A stretch of DNA of 64,000 nucleotides from Flaccisagitta enflata (GCA_965153355.1 OZ231126.1:33976001-34040000); one strand, 5' to 3'. Positions 1-13,914 are shown, counted from the stretch's first letter. The notes: a model not told the origin generated them from the sequence alone. Translations and numbers: made by a program.

Positions 1-54
<54 letters not shown>

Positions 55-70
55 TATCATCACCATCACC
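1..70. repeat. (CAT)n microsatellite
   Basis: Direct reading of the sequence. Confidence 0.95.
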
Positions 71-384
71 ACTGTTAGTCTCTGCTCTTTTCTTGTTAGA
101 CGCGCGAAGACGGCTCAGCACAGTGGTTCCAAAAAATAAAAAGTGCACTAAAATCCTAATTTTCTCCTTAGGACCTATTTCAGACACAGGAAACCCAATG
201 GTGATGTTGAAATTTTTCTGTCACTTAAGGAAATTGCCTTAAGGGCATCTTGAAAAAAGGTAAAAAAATTTTTTTTGAAAAAAAAATATTTGTTAAGCCT
301 AACTGTAGCCTAAGGGTTGCAATAAGTGAAAGCAGGTGTCATTTTACCTCAGTTGAGGATTTCAAGGACTCAAAGGCGTGTTAA

Positions 385-1315
385 AGCCATTTTTCAGCAG
401 TTTTTAGGGTCAAATGCCCATATTTTCAACGACAACACCCTATTGTGAGGCCAGAATTGAGTGCATCTATTCAGAATGCACCTTCCTGTAAATTTTCAGA
501 TTGGCCCTACTCCTTTTCAAGCCTCAATGGTGTTTTAAAGCTATTTTTCAGCAGTTTTTAGGGTCAAATGCCCATTTTTTCAATGGCAACACCCTAGTGT
601 GAGGCCAGAATCAAGTATATCTATTCAGAATACACCTTCCTGTAAATTTTCAGATTGGCCCTACTCTTTTTCAAGCCTCAATCGTGTTTAAAAGCCGTTT
701 TAAAGCCATTTGTAAGCAATTTTTAGGGTCAAATGCCCATATTTTCAACGACAACGCCCTATTGTGAGGCCAGAATCAAGTGTATCTATTCAAAATTCAC
801 CTTCCTGTAAATTTTCAAATTGGCCCTACTCTTTTTCAAGCCTCAATGGTGTTTTAAAGCCATTTTTCAGCAGTTTTTAGGGTCAAATGCTCATATTTTC
901 AACAACAACGCCCTTTGGTGAGGCCAGAATTGAGTGTATCTGTTCAAATTGCACCTTCCAGTAAATTTTCAGATTGGCCCTACTCTTTTTCAAGCCTCAA
1001 TAGGGTTTTAAGGCCTTTTTGAGCAGTTTTTAGGGTCAAACGCTTGATTTTACAACGATATCATCCTACTGGGTAGCCTGAAATTAGTAAATCAATTGAG
1101 ATGTACCTCCCTGTAAAATTTCTGAATGGCCCTTCTCTTCTTCAAGCCGCATCGGCGCTTAAAAGCCTATTTTTGGCAGTTTTTAGGGACTAATGCAATG
1201 CCCATTTTTACCACGGCAACACCTTTTTATGTGGTCAGAAACTTCAGAAGTGTATCAATTCAAAACGTACCTCCCTGTAAATTTTCAGATCAAACCTCTT
1301 CAATTTCAAGAGTCA
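385..1315 (+). repeat. ~154-bp tandem repeat, ~6 units, inside the Transib-type element (mirrored at ~12720-13650)
   Basis: Anchor TTTTTAGGG recurs at 401, 555, 720, 874, 1027 and 1180. Confidence 0.9.
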
Positions 1316-1362
1316 ATGGTCACACACACGCACAGACAAGGGCACACTTACACACACTCACA

Positions 1363-1429
<67 letters not shown>

Positions 1430-1977
1430 GTAGATATATGCGCGAATGTGTCGATGATTAAGAATATCTTTAGTTGCGGACAGGCAACTCTATAAGAGGC
1501 TTTGTCCGTCCATTGGTCCATTGGTCCATTGGTCCATCCAAGGTGATCAAGGCAAAAGTGGAAAAACGAGCATTTTAAATACTTTTTGTGTATGTTTGTG
1601 CTTGGGTGGGTGTTCAGGTGTGGATGGAGGTTGGATGCCCCTGTCCACAAAGATATTGTGACGCCGCATCACTTCTTCCACTTATGTCAAAAAACATGAA
1701 ACAAAGCGATATAAATACTTATTATCTTTTTTTAACCGAGAGTGTGTCGCTGCTATTTAGTCGCTTGCTTTGCGACTCTACACCCCGCTATGTTGGTCCG
1801 TCGGTTGGTCGGTTGGTCCCCTTTTAACTTTTTCGGCGTTTTTTAGCTTTATGAGCCTACTGCTCCTGCCCATTGCCCAAATGCTCTAGTTACCTTCTCT
1901 AGCACTGCTCCTGCCCACCCGCACGCAACTGGGGTGGTCGTGATACAACGAGAGGATCTGAAGATTCCAAATGCGCA

Positions 1978-2509
1978 TGAACCGTTTGCGTGCTTCGCAT
2001 AGCAAAAAAAGGGAGTATCCCTTCACCCTACTTGGTTAATGTGGAGATGCAAAAATCATGAAGATGACCATTTTCTTTTTTTCAAAATTCCGTCATCTTC
2101 CGTTTTTGTTTTGGCTTCAAAGTTTCCACAGATTTCCCCGAATTCAGCAAAATCCTGTGTAGTTTTGTTACAAAAAGGACAATTATTTGTCTTAGAAAAT
2201 CATGATGCTTATAAAAATAAACTAAAATCTTAGAACATAAGCTATGAAAATGCTTGTGAAAAGGCAGAATTGCAATTCTTTAGAAAAAACAATTTGTAAA
2301 AGGTAATTCAAACAATATCAGCATATTGTTTTATCCCACTGCATTATGCAAATTAGGCCCTCAAAAACAATTTTCTAAAAAACGGAAGATAAACGATTTT
2401 TTGTTAAAAGAAAAAAGGTAAGGGTCCTAAAATTTGTCACTCCGCATTAGGTAAAAAGGGCGAAAAGAAAAAAATAACTTTTGCTATGTGAAGCACCCAA
2501 ATGAACCAT
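1978..2509. mobile_element. Nested MITE inside the Transib-type element
   Basis: Inverted ends GTGCTTCGCATAGCAAAA / TTTTGCTATGTGAAGCAC. Exact termini and TSD not resolved. Confidence 0.55.
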
Positions 2510-3019
2510 GTCCGTCAGGTTTTTTTCCCGTGAAAATTTTCGGGCCTAGTACTCAGCAAATAAATAAGGCCAAGTTGAGGCCAGTAAGTGCGCCTCGCTT
2601 GATTAAGAATTTGTGAATGATTTTTTTGAGGAATGAATGAATGAATGAATGAACAAATAAATGAATGAAAATGAATGTCGTAAGGCAGAAAAGGTGATAG
2701 GAATGAAGAAATACGTCAGAATCAGCCGTTTTCCACATTTCAAACGTTTGCGTGACCGACCGACCAACCGACCAACCGACAGACTTGACCTTTTAAAGAA
2801 GTGCGAGGACGCACTTAAAAAGTAGAAAACAAGAGTTTTTTATACTGTTCCTGTATGTTTGTGTGTGAGAGGGGGGTTAGGTTGTGGTTGGGGGCTGAAC
2901 GCCCCTGTCCAGTGTCCACCCCTCTGCAACAATATCATGACTTATTTCTTAAATTTTTTTCTTTTTTGCGTTTGGTTTCTATATTACGACAAAGTAAAAA
3001 TATGAAAATCCTGAAGTGA

Positions 3020-3147
3020 ATTGTCGTTGTTTTTGTTGTTGTTGCTTTCGTTATTGTAGCTGTTGTTGTAGTTGTCATTGCCGTTGTTGTTGCTTTTGTT
3101 GTTGCTGCCTTGTTTTGTTGTTACTGTTGTTTTCACTGTAATCTACG

Positions 3148-3181
<34 letters not shown>

Positions 3182-3223
3182 AGTCTTTGTTTTTGTCATT
3201 ATTGTCGTTGTCGTTGTTGTTAA

Positions 3224-3256
<33 letters not shown>

Positions 3257-3290
3257 CTTCATTGATGATGTTCTTTGATGTTGTCATTGT

Positions 3291-3360
<70 letters not shown>

Positions 3361-3385
3361 GATGTTGATGTGGTTGTTGTTGTTT
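3020..3385. repeat. (GTT)n-rich low-complexity tract (mirrored at ~10680-11020)
   Basis: Direct reading; source of the poly-V/L/N/Q ORFs. Confidence 0.9.
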
Positions 3386-4876
3386 TTTCTTCCCTGCATC
3401 AAAAGCGATCAAAATCTCTTCGGCAAGCACAGTTGAAACGTTGCATAATGAACACTGCCATAGTTCCACTACACATAAAGCACGAATCAGGACTAAAACG
3501 ATTTTCTGAATGGCGTAACCATGGTAACGCGACAACAAACATAAGCATTGAATGACTTGAGTCAAGAAAAGATGTTTAGGTCCCCAGTCATTTTCCCGCC
3601 AAAAATCGGATACGATTTTTTTTGTTTCTATTTTTTTCGAAACGCGTGTAATCGCGAGTGGAAATGACTGTACCAGGCCACTCCCACCAGTATCCTGAAT
3701 CGTAATAACCCTCGAAATTTTTTAGCAAATTTTAGCATTTCCGCTGGGAGCGCCAAAAACATACAGGAGCAACATTTGTTGCTTTTTGTGGGATTGCTTA
3801 GCTACGCAAGCTTGAGCCCTTCTTAGATGATGAACCATGTCATTACCTTTCGTTTGGTACCCTGCATGAAACTTTTCTCCTAACAGTGCCGTGATTGGCA
3901 TGGAAACAAAATTCTTCACCGGATGAGTCAAGCGAACTGTAAATTTCATTTTCTGGTTGAACGCAGGCGGGATTAAGAATGAGCTTGGTACCAAATGAAA
4001 TAGAATGGCATGTTTAGTCATAATATACAAAAAAATAAATTCCGAAAATTTTCACCACTGAATGCGGAATTATTCAAAAGGAACGAATGTGCAGTGGCCC
4101 CGAAGGGGTCGATGACCTATGCTTTCACACAGGGGGATTTTCTCCCCCTTCTCCTTCATCCCGCCCACCTCTTTGGGGCCGCTGCTCGCTCCCCCTTCAA
4201 CTTCAAGTACGACCTACTTAGGCAGGGCACGGGTACTGCTGATCATCTAACGCTTTTGCGACTATTTAAGCTTCAGCTTTCAAATCAGCCCTCCAAAAAC
4301 TTAAATCAGCCCTCCCAAACTATAAATCAACTTTCTCAGGTTCAAGATCAGCCCTAACATGCCTTCATCAACACAGTGTCTCATCTCTTTTTGGCTGGAC
4401 AATCAAAAAATCCTCCTCTTCTACAGGACTTTGTCCTCTTTGAGATTGCTGCCCTCCCGCCTCCTTTCCCTCACACCAATTTACAATTGCATATACAAGC
4501 AACAGGTGTTGCTGACAAATTGCTCTTGAGTGACTTTTTTTCTTTGGAGCTTTTTGGGCAGCGATCCCAAAGGTACATACAGTTAAACCCCGCTCAAACG
4601 GATTTCAGGGGACCAACAAATTTAATCTGTTATAGGCGGAATTCTGTTATAGCAAACATATGAAATAAAAGAAAATTAGTTGAAGGGACAAAGAATTAAT
4701 ATCTGTTATAGGTGGAATCCCGTTAAAAGTGGGTCCGTTAGAGTGGGGTTCAACTGTAGTCATTTAAAACACAGATGGAAATTGTTCATTAAACCTTTTA
4801 TCTTTTTGTCTTCCCCTTATCATCATCAGGCCTTGAAAGTCTCAAATCAGCCCTCTCAAGGCACAGATCAGCCCTC

Positions 4877-6365
4877 AACAGGTCGCCCAAGGGCAATATG
4901 TGGTCAGCGATACCCGTTGCCCTGCTTTGCATGATTGTGAATCGTAGTGAGAGGAAGCAGGGCAGCAGCCCGAAAGGGGACGATGTCCTGTAGAACACAG
5001 GGGACTTTTGTTTGTTTGTTTGTCGTTTGTCCATCTCCCCTCCAAGGCCCTCACAGTGCTGAAATCTGCCCTCTCAGGCCTGAAATCTGCCTATTCAGAT
5101 TCAAACTCTGAGAGGGCAGATTTCAGGCCTGAGAGGGCAGATTTCAGGCCTAAGAGGTCAGATTTCAGGCCTGAGAGGTCAGATTTCAAGCCTGAGAGGA
5201 CAGATTTCAGGCCTGAGAGGACTGATTTCAGGCCCGAGAGGGTAGATTTTAGGCCTGAGAGGGTAGATTTCAGGCCTGAGGGGATAGATTTCAGACCTGA
5301 GAAGGCAGATTTAAGGCCTGAGAGGGCAGATTTCAGGCCTGAAAGGTCAGATTTCACGCCTGAAAGGTCAGATTTCACACCTGAGAGGGCAGATTTCAGG
5401 CCTTAGAGGGCAGATTTCAGGCCTGAGAGGGTAGATTTTAGGCCTAAGAGAGTAGATTTCAGACCTGAGAAGGCAGATTCAAGGCCTGAAAGGGCAGATT
5501 CCAGGCCTAATAGTCGCAAAAGCGTTAGATGGTCAGCGGTACCCGTTGCCCCTGTGTGAGCACATGTTGATGTGTGATGGTGAGAGGGGCAGCGGCCCCG
5601 AAGGGGCCGATGACCTATGCTATTAGGTTTTGAGGCTCTAGGCTTTAAGTCTCAAGGCTGTGATTTGAGCTAAGATACTGGGATTTGAGCCATGAGGGAG
5701 GGAGTTGTACCGCAAAGCTGGGATCTGAGCCTTGAGGCTGTGATTTGAGCCAAGATGATGGGATTTGAGCCTTGAGGCTGTGATTTGAGCCTCAACGCTG
5801 GGATTTGAACCTTGGGACTGGGATTTGAGCCTCGAGGCTGGGGTTTGAGCCTCGAGGCTGGGAGTTGAGCCTCCAGGCATGGGTTTGAGACTCATTGCTG
5901 GGATTTGACACTTGACGTTGTAATTTAAGCCTCATTGCTGGGGTTTGAGCCTCGGGACTAGGACTTGAGTCTCCAGGATGGGGTTTGAGCTTTGAGGCTG
6001 GGAGTTGAGCCTCCAGGCTTGGGTATGAGCCTAATGGCTGGGATTTGAGCCTTGAGGCTGGAATTTGAGCGTTGAGGCTGGAATTTGAGCCTCACGGGGG
6101 GGGGGACGACGGAGGAGAAGAAGGAGAAGGAGAAGGAGAAGGAGGAGAAATTTCCCCTATGTGTGAAAGCATAGGTCATCGGCCCCTTCGGGGCCGCTGC
6201 CCAAAAGGGCAGATTTCAGGCCTGAAAGGTCAGATTTCAGGCCTGAGAGGGCAGATTTCAGGCCAGGCCGAGGGGGGGGGACGGATAAACAAAGAAACAA
6301 ACGAACGAACGAAAGTCCCCTGTGTTCTACAGGACATCGTCCCCTGCGGGGCCGCTGCCCAAAAA
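4877..6365 (-). mobile_element. HINE-like element family 2 with central 21-bp tandem array (GAGAGGGCAGATTTCAGGCCT)
   Basis: Subterminal inverted repeats GGGCAGCAGCCCGAAAGGGGACGATGTCCTGTAGAACACAGGGG, asymmetric tail, A/T-run flanks, array at ~5055-5505. Confidence 0.6.
5509..6206 (-). mobile_element. Nested HINE-like family 2 copy with a different 21-bp array (GGCTGGGATTTGAGCCT...)
   Basis: 35-bp inverted pair GGGCAGCGGCCCCGAAGGGGCCGATGACCTATGCT at 5587 and 6168-6202. Inserted at an AA in the host array without a TSD. Relatives at ~4092-4265, ~21670-22095, ~46350-46835 and ~52130-52400. Confidence 0.6.
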
Positions 6366-7487
6366 CCTAAAATCAGCTCTCTCCGACCTCAAATCAGCCC
6401 TCAGACCTCTGAATAGGTGTCTCTGACCTATAGCCAGCCTTCACAGGCCTTTAATTAGCCGTAATGGGCATCAAATAAGCCGTTACAAGCCTCACATTGG
6501 CCCTGTATATCCTGAAATAAGCCCTCTCAGGCCACAATTCAGCTTTCTTAGGCATCAAATAAACTCTTTAAGGCTTCAAATCAGCCTGGCCAGCACCAAG
6601 CATTTAATCATTCCAAATTAGAGGAGGGATTTAACAAAAACCACCTTAGAAAAATTGTAATACTGGGTTTTTTGGTGGTTTTGCACTGTACATAGGCTGT
6701 ACCAAGCTAAGAAAAGAAGTTGACTGAAAAATTATTTCTGCAAAGCGGCTGGTTGGGATGTTTGTAAGTACATGAAAAATAGGCGAAAATTCGCCAAAAT
6801 TGACCTTCCAAAAACCAGGAAATAAATACAATAGTAGAAAATACTTTGCATATAAAGCATAAAATTCATATCAATAATTAGCTAAGACATCTTTTCAAGT
6901 TATAATGTCATCTTATGATATTGAGGTGTCCTGGAGTAGCTCGTCAACTGCTTTCTATACACAATAAATGTTGACTCATCTATCTCATTTTTTACATCTT
7001 TCATATCTCAGACAAAAAAATCAAATGTTAGACTGGTAAAAAACTAATCTATTGGAATAATGACAAAAAGCAAAAAAAAAAAGTGGATACACATCTACCC
7101 CAGTTGTATGCGGTTGGGCAAAGGCAGTGAAAGAAAAGGTAACTAAGGCACAAAAAAGTAAAAGTTGCAAAATTGTTAGATGGTCTGCCATACCATTGCC
7201 CTGCTTAATTAGGTTGTGCTTGAAGTTGAGGGGGGAGCATGGCAGTGGCTGTATGTCAATTTGTCCATTTGTCCCCCACTGACTAAAATCCTAGATTCAA
7301 CGCCCAAATTCCAGTCTCAAGGCCCAAATCCTAGTTTCAAGGCCCAAATCCCAGCCTTGAGGCTAAAATCCTATCCTCAAGGCTCAAATCCCACCCTAGA
7401 GACTGGGATTTAGGTCTCATGGGTGGGATTTGGGTGTCAAAGGTAGGATTTGAGTCTTGAGGATAGACCAACAGACAGTCCTGATTT

Positions 7488-7575
7488 TAGAGCGGGCCCG
7501 CGGGCCCAAGGCCCGCATTTTGGCAGTCGGGCCCGCAAGTTTTTCCTGCTGCGGGCCCGACAGGCCCGCTCTCAT
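7488..7575 (+). mobile_element. Solitary hAT-like terminus with GGGCCCG subterminal repeats
   Basis: TAGAGCGGGCCCG start and repeated GGCCCG motifs; no partner end seen. Confidence 0.4.
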
Positions 7576-7638
7576 TTTGCTTGAAATTTATTGCTATTGC
7601 TGAAGTGGGAATATTGATTTTTGAATTGGACTTATGCT

Positions 7639-7702
<64 letters not shown>

Positions 7703-8159
7703 ATCAACTTTCATTCCTTTTCTATTTCTCTCTTTTTTCTTTTTCTCTCTCTTTTTTCTTTCTTTCCTCCTCCTCCATCCTTTCCCCCCTCCCCAGGCTC
7801 GAGGCTTGAATCCCAGTCCTGAGACCCAAATCCCAGCCTCGTGGCCCAAATCTTAGCCTGTCTTGGCTGGGATTTGGGCCTCAAGGCTGAAATTTGGGCC
7901 TTCAGTCTAGGATTTGGGCCTCAACGCTAGGATTTGGGCCTCCAGGCTAGGATCTGGGCTACAAGGCTGAGATTTGGGTTTCAGGACTGGAATGCGAGCC
8001 TCGAGCCTGGGGGGGGGGGGAGGAGGAGACGGTTATTACGAAAATGTCTTAATTTTTATACCTCATCCGATTTGTCTTTTTTCTCTTTTGTTACAAGCTA
8101 AATTCTCACTTACAAAATTGTCTTAATTTTCTTCGAATGTCTTAATGCTATCGTTTATT

Positions 8160-8470
8160 GGCATTCGGGATTGGCATGTTGGGCATTTGATGGAGAGTTC
8201 AAGTTTCGTGATTCAAGATTCGTGATTCGTGATTCGCGATTCGCGATTACAAAAAGAGGACGGCTTCACTGATTTCTTTCTCTTCGGAATTCGAGATTCG
8301 AGATTCGGGATTCGGGATTCGGGATTCGGGATTCGGGATTCGGGATTCGGGATTGGAATTAAACTTTTCAAACTTTCTTTTTTTTATATTCGGGATTCGG
8401 GATTCGGGATTGGAATAAAACTTTTCAAACTTTCTTTTTTCATTTTCGTGATTCGGGATTCAAGATTGGA
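8160..8470. repeat. 7-bp minisatellite (GGATTCG)n, degenerate
   Basis: Direct reading. Confidence 0.85.
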
Positions 8471-8689
8471 AATAGGCCTCTCAATATTTTTAGGTGCGAC
8501 AAAGCACCTCTATAACTGACTGTGTCCGTTGGTTGGTCGGTTGGTCGGTTGGTTGGTCGGTCGGTCGGGTAACGCATTCGTTCGACGATCCACACGTCGC
8601 ACCTTATTGGCCTACTTGGCCTTGTTTTCTTATTTTGGGGATTCGAGATTCATGATTGCGTCTTAGAGTTTCAAACTTGATCTTTGTTA

Positions 8690-9028
8690 CTACCTAGGGA
8701 AATAGTTTTCGTTCACTTGATGAAGATATTCATTTACTGAATAAGTATCAAGTGGGTAGGTGTTTTATCTTTTTCAGTACCTCATCTGATGTCCTGCCTA
8801 AGTTATGACTGCTTCCATTTGGCTAGGTGACTGTATACTCAAAAAATGGTAGTCATATTCAAATTGCTCCAATTTCTAAACGCTTTGAGCCACTGGAATA
8901 GGATTGGTCCCATATGGTAGAACCTCTGAAGAGGTTTCTAAATTTCTCAGATTTTTCCTATTTATCATCACTAGAAGTAAATTCATTATTTCTTATAGGT
9001 GAACGAAGACTTATTTCCCAGGAAGTAG
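8690..9028. mobile_element. MITE
   Basis: Inverted ends CTACCTAGGGAAATAGTTTTCGTTCAC / GTGAACGAAGACTTATTTCCCAGGAAGTAG. Confidence 0.6.
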
Positions 9029-9278
9029 TCAAGATTCGGGATTGCCTGACTTGTTTGTCATATTGATCCTTTTTTTTTTGCGACTGGATCTATTTGAGTT
9101 GGTTAAGATGCTTTTTTTCCCGTCCGTTATTTTCCCTTTTTATCGTATATTTCACGCAAGTGAATATGAAATTTGGTCTGTCCATCTATTTCATTTTTAC
9201 TAAAACTAAGTAGTGATTTTATCCATGATTCTTTCCTAGATCGAGCAAATTGAAAGAAACGGCCACCGAGCCATAATT

Positions 9279-9505
<227 letters not shown>

Positions 9506-9970
9506 AAAAAATAATGGCCTTAACATCTTTCATAATGTTGCAGTGCTTTTCTCAGTTATTCCAAATGTTGGTGATGTAATAACTCTCTGGTGCGATTCAT
9601 GCTGTTCATGTATGTTTACAACGTTGCTCATTTCAATTGCATGAACGCAATTTATGAGTCTGAAGCAATTCGAACTTTGATTCTACATTTATTTCAAGTC
9701 TCCATCAGTATGTTTCATGTCTTTTTAAATGACATGAATAGCTTCTGCACTGCCCCTATCCAGCCGCTCGCGATTTCATCCCTTATCCTGCGACACACTT
9801 TTATAAATCATGACAATCAATCTCAAACGAATAAATGTAATTTCTACCAAGATATGGTCAATTCAACAATAGAGTGGTTTCAAGACTTTTATTGCCGTAT
9901 CAGTCCAATTATTTCGGGCCAATGAGAATTTGCAGAAAGGTTTTCACCGTGAACGTCGACTTCCACTGAG

Positions 9971-10696
9971 CACATTCGTTCCTTTTGAATAATTCCGCAT
10001 TCAGTGGTGAAAATTTTCGGAATTTATTTTTTTGTATATTATGACTAAACATGCCATTCTATTTCATTTGGTACCAAGCTCATTCTTAATCCCGCCTGCG
10101 TTCAACCAGAAAATGAAATTTACAGTTCGCTTGACTCATCCGGTGAAGAATTTTGTTTCCATGCCAATCACGGCACTGTTAGGAGAAAAGTTTCATGCAG
10201 GGTACCAAACGAAAGGTAATGACATGGTTCATCATCTAAGAAGGGCTCAAGCTTGCGTAGCTAAGCAATCCCACAAAAAGCAACAAATGTTGCTCCTGTA
10301 TGTTTTTGGCGCTCCCAGCGGAAATGCTAAAATTTGCTAAAAAATTTCGAGGGTTATTACGATTCAGGATACTGGTGGGAGTGGCCTGGTACAGTCATTT
10401 CCACTCGCGATTACACGCGTTTCGAAAAAAATAGAAACAAAAAAAATCGTATCCGATTTTTGGCGGGAAAATGACTGGGGACCTAAACATCTTTTCTTGA
10501 CTCAAGTCATTCAATGCTTATGTTTGTTGTCGCGTTACCATGGTTACGCCATTCAGAAAATCGTTTTAGTCCTGATTCGTGATTTATGTGTAGTGGAACT
10601 ATGGCAGTGTTCATTATGCAACCTTTCAACTGTGCTTGCCGAAGAGATTTTGATCGCTTTTGATGCAGGGAAGAAAAAACAACAACAACCCACATC

Positions 10697-10769
<73 letters not shown>

Positions 10770-10803
10770 ACAATGACAACATCAAAGAACATCATCAATG
10801 AAG

Positions 10804-10852
<49 letters not shown>

Positions 10853-10863
10853 AAACAAAGACT

Positions 10864-10897
<34 letters not shown>

Positions 10898-12615
10898 CGT
10901 AGATTACAGTGAAAACAACAGTAACAACAAAACAAGGCAGCAACAACAAAAGCAACAACAACGGCAATGACAACTACAACAACAGCTACAATAACGAAAG
11001 CAACAACAACAAAAACAACGACAATTCACTTCAGGATTTTCATATTTTTACTTTGTCGTAATATAGAAACCAAACGCAAAAAAGAAAAAAATTTAAGAAA
11101 TAAGTCATGATATTGTTGCAGAGGGGTGGACACTGGACAGGGGCGTTCAGCCCCCAACCACAACCTAACCCCCCTCTCACACACAAACATACAGGAACAG
11201 TATAAAAAACTCTTGTTTTCTACTTTTTAAGTGCGTCCTCGCACTTCTTTAAAAGGTCAAGTCTGTCGGTTGGTCGGTTGGTCGGTCGGTCACGCAAACG
11301 TTTGAAATGTGGAAAACGGCTGATTCTGACGTATTTCTTCATTCCTATCACCTTTTCTGCCTTACGACATTCATTTTCATTCATTTATTTGTTCATTCAT
11401 TCATTCATTCATTCCTCAAAAAAATCATTCACAAATTCTTAATCAAGCGAGGCGCACTTACTGGCCTCAACTTGGCCTTATTTATTTGCTGAGTACTAGG
11501 CCCGAAAATTTTCACGGGAAAAAAACCTGACGGACATGGTTCATTTGGGTGCTTCACATAGCAAAAGTTATTTTTTTCTTTTCGCCCTTTTTACCTAATG
11601 CGGAGTGACAAATTTTAGGACCCTTACCTTTTTTCTTTTAACAAAAAATCGTTTATCTTCCGTTTTTTAGAAAATTGTTTTTGAGGGCCTAATTTGCATA
11701 ATGCAGTGGGATAAAACAATATGCTGATATTGTTTGAATTACCTTTTACAAATTGTTTTTTCTAAAGAATTGCAATTCTGCCTTTTCACAAGCATTTTCA
11801 TAGCTTATGTTCTAAGATTTTAGTTTATTTTTATAAGCATCATGATTTTCTAAGACAAATAATTGTCCTTTTTGTAACAAAACTACACAGGATTTTGCTG
11901 AATTCGGGGAAATCTGTGGAAACTTTGAAGCCAAAACAAAAACGGAAGATGACGGAATTTTGAAAAAAAGAAAATGGTCATCTTCATGATTTTTGCATCT
12001 CCACATTAACCAAGTAGGGTGAAGGGATACTCCCTTTTTTTGCTATGCGAAGCACGCAAACGGTTCATGCGCATTTGGAATCTTCAGATCCTCTCGTTGT
12101 ATCACGACCACCCCAGTTGCGTGCGGGTGGGCAGGAGCAGTGCTAGAGAAGGTAACTAGAGCATTTGGGCAATGGGCAGGAGCAGTAGGCTCATAAAGCT
12201 AAAAAACGCCGAAAAAGTTAAAAGGGGACCAACCGACCAACCGACGGACCAACATAGCGGGGTGTAGAGTCGCAAAGCAAGCGACTAAATAGCAGCGACA
12301 CACTCTCGGTTAAAAAAAGATAATAAGTATTTATATCGCTTTGTTTCATGTTTTTTGACATAAGTGGAAGAAGTGATGCGGCGTCACAATATCTTTGTGG
12401 ACAGGGGCATCCAACCTCCATCCACACCTGAACACCCACCCAAGCACAAACATACACAAAAAGTATTTAAAATGCTCGTTTTTCCACTTTTGCCTTGATC
12501 ACCTTGGATGGACCAATGGACCAATGGACCAATGGACGGACAAAGCCTCTTATAGAGTTGCCTGTCCGCAACTAAAGATATTCTTAATCATCGACACATT
12601 CGCGCATATATCTAC

Positions 12616-12685
<70 letters not shown>

Positions 12686-13914
12686 GTGTGCCCGTGTCTG
12701 TGCGTGTGTGTGACCATTGACTCTTGAAATTGAAGAGGTTTGATCTGAAAATTTACAGGGAGGTACGTTTTGAATTGATACACTTCTGAAGTTTCTGACC
12801 ACATAAAAAGGTGTTGCCGTGGTAAAAATGGGCATTGCATTAGTCCCTAAAAACTGCCAAAAATAGGCTTTTAAGCGCCGATGCGGCTTGAAGAAGAGAA
12901 GGGCCATTCAGAAATTTTACAGGGAGGTACATTTCAATTGATTTACTAATTTCAGGCTACCCAGTAGGATGATATCGTTGTAAAATCAAGCGTTTGACCC
13001 TAAAAACTGCTCAAAAAGGCCTTAAAACCCTATTGAGGCTTGAAAAAGAGTAGGGCCAATCTGAAAATTTACTGGAAGGTGCAATTTGAACAGATACACT
13101 CAATTCTGGCCTCACCAAAGGGCGTTGTTGTTGAAAATATGAGCATTTGACCCTAAAAACTGCTGAAAAATGGTTTTAAAACACCATTGAGGCTTGAAAA
13201 AGAGTAGGGCCAATTTGAAAATTTACAGGAAGGTGAATTCTGAATAGATACACTTGATTCTGAACTCACAATAGGGCGTTGTCGTTGAAAATATGGGCAT
13301 TTGACCCTAAAAATTGCTTACAAATGGCTTTAAAACGGCTTTTAAACACGATTGAGGCTTGAAAAAGAGTAGGGCCAATCTGAAAATTTACAGGAAGGTG
13401 TATTCTGAATAGATACACTTGATTCTGGCCTCACACTAGGGTGTTGCCATTGAAAAAATGGGCATTTGACCCTAAAAACTGCTGAAAAATGGCTTTAAAA
13501 CACCATTGAGGCTTGAAAAAGAGTAGGGCCAATCTGAAAATTTACAGGAAGGTGCATTCTGAATAGATGCACTCAATTCTGGCCTCACAATAGGGTGTTG
13601 TCGTTGAAAATATGGGCATTTGACCCTAAAAACTGCTGAAAAATGGCTTTAACACGCCTTTGAGTCCTTGAAATCCTCAACTGAGGTAAAATGACACCTG
13701 CTTTCACTCATTGCAACCCTTAGGCTACAGTTAGGCTTAACAAATATTTTTTTTTCAAAAAAAATTTTTTTACCTTTTTTCAAGATGCCCTTAAGGCAAT
13801 TTCCTTAAGTGACAGAAAAATTTCAACATCACCATTGGGTTTCCTGTGTCTGAAATAGGTCCTAAGGAGAAAATTAGGATTTTAGTGCACTTTTTATTTT
13901 TTGGAACCACTGTG
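9971..13914 (-). mobile_element. Non-autonomous Transib-type DNA transposon, copy B
   Basis: Reverse complement of 119-4091, differing only by a few substitutions and microsatellite lengths. Ends GGAACCACTGTG. Confidence 0.75.

Larger units (their letters stand above)
119..4091 (+). mobile_element. Non-autonomous Transib-type DNA transposon, copy A (~4.0 kb)
   Basis: Starts CACAGTGGTTCC and ends GGAACGAATGTG (imperfect TIR). Near-identical inverted copy at 9971-13914 has the same boundaries. 5-bp TSDs are recoverable. No transposase ORF. Confidence 0.75.

Noticed and set aside
401-1190. Telomeric TTAGGG repeats
   Set aside because: Only one TTAGGG per 154-bp unit, never tandem.
3722-4030. 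102-aa ORF as a transposase fragment (also 10032-10340)
   Set aside because: No DDE or RAG1-core motif; identity between copies only reflects the recent duplication.
5008-5406. (PERADFR)n heptad-repeat protein
   Set aside because: It is the 21-bp array inside a dispersed non-coding element, open on both strands.
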